64,000 bases of DNA from Turneriella sp. (GTDB taxonomy: Bacteria > Spirochaetota > Leptospiria > Turneriellales > Turneriellaceae): the NCBI GenBank assembly GCA_965279515.1, contig CBDIID010000003.1, forward strand, positions 3,552,001 to 3,616,000, written 5' to 3'. The position numbers were made by a program, and so were the translations under genes. The notes beneath the pieces are model-generated. The model saw only the letters and a program-made list of their open reading frames with translations, was not told the origin of the DNA and made no database searches. Shown here one piece after another: positions 57,420 through 64,000 of this stretch (position 1 is the first letter of the stretch; each line of letters starts with the position of its first letter).

Positions 57420-58430
57420 ATGAGGGGGATGTCCTGCGTCCCCCGTTTAGCGTTTCTGCTTGCGGTATCGTTTTTATTTCTTGGGGTTTTCGCTCCTTCC
57501 GTTTTCAGCCAGCCCGTCACCGACGGGTCGCAAGAAGGGCCATCCATGGCCGCGACACCGCCAGACGCCTCCATGCGCACTGCAGAAGATTTTCTCGAGC
57601 GGGCGCGCGAACATTTTGAGCGCCGCCGGTTTTTGAACACACTCGATTCGCTGCGTGTCGTGCTCGATATGACGAAGAACGACGATGCCCGGCAAAACCG
57701 CACAAAATACGAAGCCGAGATTCTTGCGGGGGAATCGCTCAAAGCGCTTGGCCGCATAGAGGAAGCAGCGAATATGTTTGAGCGCGCCCTGGTGCATGGT
57801 TACAACGAAAAGACCGTCTATGCATTCTTAGCGAATTATTTCGATAAACATAAGCGGTTCGATGTCGCAAGGGATTATTACGAAAAATACTACCAGATCG
57901 ATAAGACCGATGTCGCCATGCACATCAGGTATGCCGCGCTGTTAGGCCGCCTGAAACGCCGCGACGAAGCAAAACAGGTGCTCGAGGGTATTCAGCCCCG
58001 GGCTGTACCGCAGAAAAGCGAAGAGTGCGAAAAGTTAGAACAGCAGCGGAAGATACGCCAGGCCGCCCAATGTTTCAAAATCGTCCGCGAAGCACAGCCC
58101 GACCGCGAGCGCAATTATCTCGGCGTCTACCGCACGGCGCTGGCGCTCAAAGACAAGGTGCTGTTGCAGGAAAGTACGGAGTGGCTGTATTTTATCTTCG
58201 GCAGCGATCCGCGTTATATCTGGCCGCTCATCGAACTCAAACTCACGCAGAAAAAATTCTATGATGCCCGGCTGTTGCTCGAAGAGATCATCCGCATCCG
58301 CGGCAAAGATTCAGACGCCGAACGCCTGCTGGCAAATCTGCAGGTCCAGGCAGGCCCCGCGATGGAAAAGCCGTTCCGCGCGACCCGCAAAGAGATGCAG
58401 ATGTTGAATCTGGAATCGATGCCCAAGTAA
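57420..58430 (+). CDS. Secreted TPR protein
   Basis: Signal peptide; LGRIEEA...FERAL and related helical repeats. Confidence 0.7.
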   Translation: MRGMSCVPRLAFLLAVSFLFLGVFAPSVFSQPVTDGSQEGPSMAATPPDASMRTAEDFLERAREHFERRRFLNTLDSLRVVLDMTKNDDARQNRTKYEAEILAGESLKALGRIEEAANMFERALVHGYNEKTVYAFLANYFDKHKRFDVARDYYEKYYQIDKTDVAMHIRYAALLGRLKRRDEAKQVLEGIQPRAVPQKSEECEKLEQQRKIRQAAQCFKIVREAQPDRERNYLGVYRTALALKDKVLLQESTEWLYFIFGSDPRYIWPLIELKLTQKKFYDARLLLEEIIRIRGKDSDAERLLANLQVQAGPAMEKPFRATRKEMQMLNLESMPK

Positions 58431-58519
58431 GCGTAATCTATTTCGCGGTAGGCGATATCTATTTCAGTTTGCGTCCTGTCGGGAAGGCGGGTGCTGCCCA
58501 AAACCAGATGAGGTCTATC

Positions 58520-59092
58520 ATGAAAAAATCGATACTATCCGTCATTTTATTTTCCGCCATGCCGCTATGGGCCGAAACGACCGAAGATTTCGCAAAAGTT
58601 CAGGGCGGTAAGGTCGGTATGGATATCCATATCGGTCTCAACCAGGCATCTACCGGAGCGATCATCCATATTACACCAGGCCTTGCCATCAATCCGTATT
58701 TTCTCTATTACAACTTTGAGGGAACGAATACGGGGAGCGCCTACACCACGAGTAAAAACCAATACTTTGGTGGTGGTGCATTCGTGCCTTTCTATCTGGT
58801 CCGCGTAGAAAATCTGCACATTAAGTTCATGCCTGGGTTTAGCTACGCGAAAGGCACCCAAGTCGACCCGAGCAGCAGTTCGCCATACAGTAACGAAACC
58901 GCAACGACGCGGGTAAATTTTCAGGTGTTTCTCGGTTTGCAGTACGCATTAAGCAAACACCTGCATGTGATTGGCGAAACAGGGTTAAATTATACGCAGT
59001 ACAGGGCGTCGGATCCGACGTCGGGCGCATATACTACGAAATTGTGGAATCTCTACAGCGGCAACATCGGCCTGATTTTCTACTTTAACTAA
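58520..59092 (+). CDS. Small outer-membrane beta-barrel protein
   Basis: MKK signal; amphipathic strands; ends GLIFYFN. Confidence 0.7.
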   Translation: MKKSILSVILFSAMPLWAETTEDFAKVQGGKVGMDIHIGLNQASTGAIIHITPGLAINPYFLYYNFEGTNTGSAYTTSKNQYFGGGAFVPFYLVRVENLHIKFMPGFSYAKGTQVDPSSSSPYSNETATTRVNFQVFLGLQYALSKHLHVIGETGLNYTQYRASDPTSGAYTTKLWNLYSGNIGLIFYFN

Positions 59093-59230
59093 TTAGTGGG
59101 TAGGATTATCAAAACTACTAAGATCACGGCTGCCGTGGACTACCGCGTAGCTTGGGGAATCATAAGCGATGTGCTTCTTTATGTTTTCGAGATCGTGGGC
59201 TGCTTCGCGCGACCAGACAATTTCTTTCAT
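59093..59230 (-). pseudogene. ParE/RelE-family toxin remnant with internal in-frame deletion (45 aa)
   Basis: Manual translation MKEIVWSREAAHDLENIKKHIAYDSPSYAVVHGSRDLSSFDNPTH; ATG overlaps the antitoxin stop (ATGA). Confidence 0.8.
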
Positions 59231-59403
59231 GAATGGAGAATTTTTCTTTTTAAATCCTCATGAGAAACAACATTACCGTCATCAAAATCCTTAATACCTT
59301 TTTGAACTTTCTGCCTAACGGAAAGAGAGTACATGATGTCTTCCCACTGCGCATCCTCGGCCAGAGATTGGATGGCTTCGATGGCTGTCGCCTTGTTCGT
59401 CAT
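59227..59403 (-). CDS. Putative antitoxin (addiction module component)
   Basis: MTNKATAIEAIQSL.EDAQWEDIMY.L.VRQKV.KG..D.D.G.VVSHED; translationally coupled to the toxin remnant. Confidence 0.75.
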   Translation of the reverse strand: MTNKATAIEAIQSLAEDAQWEDIMYSLSVRQKVQKGIKDFDDGNVVSHEDLKRKILHS

Positions 59404-59407
59404 ACGA

Positions 59408-59764
59408 TTATTTCGCCGGGAAAAGATTCTGCCGGCCGCGCTCGGCGAACAGCAGGTAGAAACGCGCGCCGCCGTCCTGCGGAAACGCGGCAAGGTGAAT
59501 TGCGAACGGCTGGATGGTGACGATCTGCCCGGGATAAACGTCGATAATATCTTCTTCGATAATGAGGCGCATCATGCCCTCGAGCACCAGAATCGTTTCG
59601 GTAAATGCATGCGCGTGGTAGGGCACCATCGTGCCCTGCTCATTGTGCATTTCGTAGATTTTGTAGTCTTTAATCAGCAGCGACTTGAGAAACTTCATCA
59701 GCTCCACTTCGCTGCCGAAGATGCGCCGGGAGTCCTGAATGTCGTAGTACTGCGTTGCCATCAC
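59408..59764 (-). CDS. Cupin domain protein
   Basis: PYHAH...E...VLEG...PG....I.P...H. Confidence 0.8.
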   Translation of the reverse strand: MMATQYYDIQDSRRIFGSEVELMKFLKSLLIKDYKIYEMHNEQGTMVPYHAHAFTETILVLEGMMRLIIEEDIIDVYPGQIVTIQPFAIHLAAFPQDGGARFYLLFAERGRQNLFPAK

Positions 59765-60360
59765 TCTACCACTATAGGACGATTCTTCTCCTCAATTATG
59801 GCCAATTTTTCGCGGACTTCTGCACGCCGCTCTTCAACCGTCTGCGAGCGCAGTTTTTTCTGAAGCTGCATAATGGCTTCGAGAATTGCTTCGGGGCGCG
59901 GCGGGCAGCCCGGCACATAGACGTCGACCGGCATGATACGGTCGATACCCTGCAACACCGCATAGGTGTGAAACATGCCGCCCGATGAGGCGCAGGCGCC
60001 GACCGAAACGACATAACGCGGGTCGGCGAGCTGTTCGTAAATATTGCGCAATACCGGTGCCATCTTGTAGGTGATTGTGCCGAGCACGAGAATCATGTCG
60101 GCCTGGCGGGGTGAAAAAGACGGGCGTTCGGCGCCAAAACGCGCAATGTCGAAATCCGACGAGCTGGCGGCCATGTATTCAATACCGCAGCAGGCTGTCG
60201 CGAAGGGGAAAGGCCAAAGCGAGTAGGATTGCCCCCAGCTGATAAAATCGTCGAGTGCGCCGACAATAAAGCTCTGGTCAAACTGGCCTTTTTCAGGCGT
60301 AGCAGATTTTGCGGTAAAGCGATTCGGTACAGTTTCGGTGATCAACTCGGATCCTCCCAA
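59761..60360 (-). CDS. nuoB: NADH-quinone oxidoreductase subunit B
   Basis: [32 protein letters not shown]. Confidence 0.95.
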   Translation of the reverse strand: MGGSELITETVPNRFTAKSATPEKGQFDQSFIVGALDDFISWGQSYSLWPFPFATACCGIEYMAASSSDFDIARFGAERPSFSPRQADMILVLGTITYKMAPVLRNIYEQLADPRYVVSVGACASSGGMFHTYAVLQGIDRIMPVDVYVPGCPPRPEAILEAIMQLQKKLRSQTVEERRAEVREKLAIIEEKNRPIVVE

Positions 60361-60758
60361 TTTAAGGCTCCCTTACGGAGAATGTAATAATATCCGACGA
60401 ACAGAACCAGCAAAAACACGACCAGTTCTCCGAGCATCATGAGCCCCATGCCGGCTTCATGGAATGAGCGGAATGAGACCGCCCAGGGCATGAGGAAGAT
60501 TGCCTCGACGTCAAAGACAATGAAGACCACGGCGACCAAATAGAATTTTACGTTGAAGAGCCCGCGCGCATCTTCTGTGTAGGGGATGCCGCACTCAAAG
60601 GTATCGGGGCTTGCATCGGCGGGCTTAGCGATGCGCGGCTTAATTTTGTGTGCCAGAAGCAGAATCAGACCTGCAAAACCGACACCGAATGCCAGTTGAA
60701 TGATAGCGGGCCAGATTGAGGCGGGTACGGCCGAAGAGGGCATACAGCAGATTGCCAT
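60342..60758 (-). CDS. nuoA: NADH-quinone oxidoreductase subunit A
   Basis: [31 protein letters not shown]. Confidence 0.95.
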   Translation of the reverse strand: MAICCMPSSAVPASIWPAIIQLAFGVGFAGLILLLAHKIKPRIAKPADASPDTFECGIPYTEDARGLFNVKFYLVAVVFIVFDVEAIFLMPWAVSFRSFHEAGMGLMMLGELVVFLLVLFVGYYYILRKGALNWEDPS

Positions 60759-60861
60759 TCCGGCATCCGGTGAGAAGTAAAAAATGGATTCCGCGGGGTG
60801 TTTAGGCTCTAAACAGCCTGTTTACAATCTTTCCTTTACATTTTAATCCGCCGACCCAGAG

Positions 60862-63800
60862 TTGAGAATGCCCGGCATTTACCCAAACTATTTTTTCCTC
60901 GGCTCGCTGCTGACCTTTTTATTCTGCCTTTACATTGGCATTTTTCTCTTTCGCATACGTGAGCGTTCGGCCGCTACCTTCCATTTTGGCGTGCTTATGG
61001 TATTTATGGGTTTATTTAATCTCAGTTACGTGGTGGCTCAGGGGTTCTATCCTTTGCCCGTTTTTTTTCCGCGTTGGGTGAATATTTACATGGCCTTGGG
61101 TGGCGCTTTCCAGGGGGCGCTTTTCTTCTGGCATTTTCCGACCTCGCTGTCGCTCAAATTCACGCGCCGCTATGCAATTATCGGTCACTCCGTTCTTTTT
61201 CTCACGTCGCTCTATCTCGCTTATGGCATGTACAAAGCGCCGGTTTACTTTCTTTCCAACAGCGATTTCTGGGATTCGGACACGCTGCCGCTGCAAAAAT
61301 ATTTTGGCTTTCTGATCATGGTGGCATTCATGAATTTCATCGGCATGGGGGTCTGGCGCGGTTTCAAAGAACGCGGAGCTGAGCGTATTATCGTCTGGTT
61401 ACTCACGTTTGCTTTCGCTATCGTAACCGTCGTCCCCGGCCTTCTGAATATCCTGAGCCGCGATAACCTGATTCCGCGTTCGATGTACCAGACGGCTATT
61501 ACCGTATTTAGTCTCATCGGATTCTTCACCTCCGTAGTGCTCTATATCAATGTTACGAAAGACCGCACCTCTACTTTAGCGCGCATCGTCAGCATCAGCC
61601 TTGTAACGGTTTTGCTGATACTTCAGGCAGTTTCATATTTTTGGCTTCGGGATGCTGAAAGGAATTTCGACGCCGTTACCTACGGGCGTGCCCGCGAAGG
61701 TTATGTACTTGGAAAGCTTCCCGAAAAAGCATCAGCAGTCTATATCTACGATTACGGCAAACAGAAACTCCATACTCCAGTCCCCGAAGATTATGCTCCC
61801 GCAAGCGATTTTGCGCTCGATGCCCAGGCGACGCAGCTGATTTCTGAGATTATGGTCACCCAGGGTAAGGGTGCCGAGCTGGCGCAGTCAGCGCAAAAAA
61901 TTATTTCCGGCATCGGAATCTATTCACCCCTACAGGCGGCCTATCTTACGGAATTCGCGGTAGCCAGAAATTTTTCCTCCGGATACGAGCTAGCGCAGGC
62001 GATTATGTCGCTGCGCAATCAACAATTGTACCAGATTTCAAAGCTCAGACAGATGAGTGATTCTGAAGTTCGTAAGAAGCTGCCTGATATGATCGCGGCG
62101 ATTGACAAAAAATTTCCCGGAGTCCAGAAATTCATGAATACGCTGCCCGGGGCTATGTCAAATGCCGAGAAACGCGGCGTACTGATGGCTGGTCTCACAC
62201 CCTGGCACGGGCAAGGCGCACGGCTTTTTCGTGGTAGTATTTATTTCGAAGATAAACTCCCGGCTCACTATATTGCCTACCAGTTCGTCGATCCCGGGCA
62301 AAAACGTGTGATCGAAGTCGCCTTCCCTTATATCAATTATCGGGAGGCCATCGCCGCATCCGGATGGCCGCTAGCGGTGGTCATTCTCGTGGCGTATATG
62401 CTCATTATCATTGGGTTTAATATTTTCTTCCGTGGCGCATTGATGAAACCCATCGAAGGTATTGTTGTCGGCCTCAAAGAAATCAATAACGACAATTTCG
62501 ACGCACGCGTGAAGGTCCATGTCGAAGACGAGATCGGCTTCATGGCGAAATCTTTCAACAAAATGGCGCGCTCGATCAAGGCGGGCCGCATGCGCCTGCA
62601 GCAATATGCAGCGCAACTCGAACAAAAAGTGCAGGAACGCACGCAAGAGCTGCAGACGACGCTAAAGGATGTGCAGACACTCAAATCGCAGCAGGACGGG
62701 GATTATTTCCTGACGACCCTGCTCCTGAAGCCTTTGGGCGTCAATGAGGTCAATAGCACGCTCATCGGTATTGAATCGTTTGTCCGGCAGAAAAAGAAAT
62801 TTGAGTTCCGCCACTGGAGCAAAGATATTGGCGGGGATATCAACATCTCGCACATTATTGAGCTGGAAGGCAAGCGCCACATCGCCTTCATCAACGGCGA
62901 CGCGATGGGCAAGTCGATCCAGGGCGCGGGCGGCGCCCTGGTCTTAGGTTCGGTCTTCCACACCATTATCGAGCGCACGCAGGCAACGCATGCGATGCAA
63001 CAGCTGTCGCCGGAACGCTGGCTCAAAAATGTCTTCATCGAGTTGCACCGCGTTTTCGAAAGTTTCGACGGTTCTATGCTCATGTCAGGCTTTTTCGCCC
63101 TCATCGACGAACACACGGGCCTCATGTACCATATTCTCGCCGAGCATCCGCGCGCGGTCATTTACCGCAACGGCAAGGCTGAGTTTATTGAGAACGACAG
63201 AATGCTGCGCAAGCTCGGTACCTCCGGGGTTGAAGGCACGTTATCGATCGCCACAACGCAACTCGAACCGGGCGATGTGCTCATCGTCGGCTCAGACGGA
63301 CGCGACGATATTATTCTTGGTTATGACCAGAGTGGTGGGCGCATTATCAACGAAGATGAAAATCTCTTTCTGCGCACAGTCGAAGAGACGAACGGCGACA
63401 TTAACGCCATGGTCAGTAAAATCGAGTCGCTGGGTGAAATCATGGACGACCTTTCGCTGATGCGTATCGAACGCTACCGCGAGGCGCATTCTCCGGGATT
63501 TGCCTACGATTACAGCGGCGTGCTCGAAGGTGTGAAACGCGATCTCAAATCGGGTAAAACCGACGCTGCGATCAGCCGTATCGAAGCGTATCTTAAACAG
63601 GACGCGTTTTATCCCGAAGCGGTGAAGAATTTAGCGCAAATCTACTACCAGGCAAAAGACTATGAAAAGGCTGCGCGTTACGCGCAGGATTACCTTTGGC
63701 TGAAGCCTGCCGATGCGCACTTCGTTTATTTTGCCAGCCTCTGCTTCCGCCGCATCAAGGACTACCGTAAGTCGATCGATCTCTCAGAGCGGCTGCGGCT

Positions 63801-63981
63801 CAGGGAGTTCCCGCTGGCGAAAAATCTCGCCCTGCTCACCGACCTGCACATACGTATGGGTAACTCCAAGCGCGCAGAATCCATGCTCAGCGAACTCATA
63901 GCACTCGAACCAGATTTCGGCAGTATTGATATACTGAAAAAGAAACTCGGGGAAATGAAGGTCGATCCGACGCCGGCGTAA
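60862..63981 (+). CDS. Membrane sensor SpoIIE/PP2C phosphatase (7TM, HAMP, SpoIIE, TPR)
   Basis: Multiple TMs; HAMP EDEIGFMAKSFNKM; QQDGDYFLT, GGD, GDAMGKS.QGAGG, GSDG.DD, DDLSL; C-terminal TPR-like helices. Confidence 0.9.
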   Translation: MRMPGIYPNYFFLGSLLTFLFCLYIGIFLFRIRERSAATFHFGVLMVFMGLFNLSYVVAQGFYPLPVFFPRWVNIYMALGGAFQGALFFWHFPTSLSLKFTRRYAIIGHSVLFLTSLYLAYGMYKAPVYFLSNSDFWDSDTLPLQKYFGFLIMVAFMNFIGMGVWRGFKERGAERIIVWLLTFAFAIVTVVPGLLNILSRDNLIPRSMYQTAITVFSLIGFFTSVVLYINVTKDRTSTLARIVSISLVTVLLILQAVSYFWLRDAERNFDAVTYGRAREGYVLGKLPEKASAVYIYDYGKQKLHTPVPEDYAPASDFALDAQATQLISEIMVTQGKGAELAQSAQKIISGIGIYSPLQAAYLTEFAVARNFSSGYELAQAIMSLRNQQLYQISKLRQMSDSEVRKKLPDMIAAIDKKFPGVQKFMNTLPGAMSNAEKRGVLMAGLTPWHGQGARLFRGSIYFEDKLPAHYIAYQFVDPGQKRVIEVAFPYINYREAIAASGWPLAVVILVAYMLIIIGFNIFFRGALMKPIEGIVVGLKEINNDNFDARVKVHVEDEIGFMAKSFNKMARSIKAGRMRLQQYAAQLEQKVQERTQELQTTLKDVQTLKSQQDGDYFLTTLLLKPLGVNEVNSTLIGIESFVRQKKKFEFRHWSKDIGGDINISHIIELEGKRHIAFINGDAMGKSIQGAGGALVLGSVFHTIIERTQATHAMQQLSPERWLKNVFIELHRVFESFDGSMLMSGFFALIDEHTGLMYHILAEHPRAVIYRNGKAEFIENDRMLRKLGTSGVEGTLSIATTQLEPGDVLIVGSDGRDDIILGYDQSGGRIINEDENLFLRTVEETNGDINAMVSKIESLGEIMDDLSLMRIERYREAHSPGFAYDYSGVLEGVKRDLKSGKTDAAISRIEAYLKQDAFYPEAVKNLAQIYYQAKDYEKAARYAQDYLWLKPADAHFVYFASLCFRRIKDYRKSIDLSERLRLREFPLAKNLALLTDLHIRMGNSKRAESMLSELIALEPDFGSIDILKKKLGEMKVDPTPA

Positions 63982-64000
63982 AAACGCTTCAGTCGCTAAC

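Noticed and set aside
1..64000. CRISPR arrays, tRNA/rRNA genes, transposases, integrases, prophage genes
   Set aside because: No regularly spaced repeats or recognisable motifs seen, and intergenic spaces are short.

Overview
Gene-dense, moderately GC-rich bacterial chromosomal region. The gene content (KWG/WG repeat, DUF1554 endostatin-like lipoprotein, 7TM-DISM sensor, SpoIIE-HAMP phosphatase, spirochaete-style lipoboxes) suggests a Leptospiraceae spirochaete such as Turneriella; this is inference. Housekeeping genes include dinB, prmC, cdd, asd, an ate/bpt transferase, dsbD, nuoA and nuoB. The rest is lipid-metabolism genes, two CheA-like kinases lacking CheW, two ECF sigma factors and many surface lipoprotein and outer-membrane beta-barrel genes. 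I found no rRNA, tRNA, CRISPR array or transposase. The best candidate for an undescribed system is an ECF sigma / FecR anti-sigma / small beta-barrel / surface-lipoprotein module (36.6-40.2 kb) with no TonB-dependent receptor. It comes with a promoter-like motif, TGGCAY-N17-CGTA, found four times immediately upstream of genes, and with recurrent beta-barrel + lipoprotein gene pairs. Other notable items: a shared TGACA-N4-TGTCA palindrome upstream of lipid genes, a prmC whose N-terminus has no canonical in-frame start codon, an internally deleted ParE toxin, two palindromic elements in or at coding sequences, an LCIB-like carbonic anhydrase candidate, and two secreted symmetric four-Cys helical-hairpin miniproteins. 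All family assignments come from motif recognition by eye; no database search was run.
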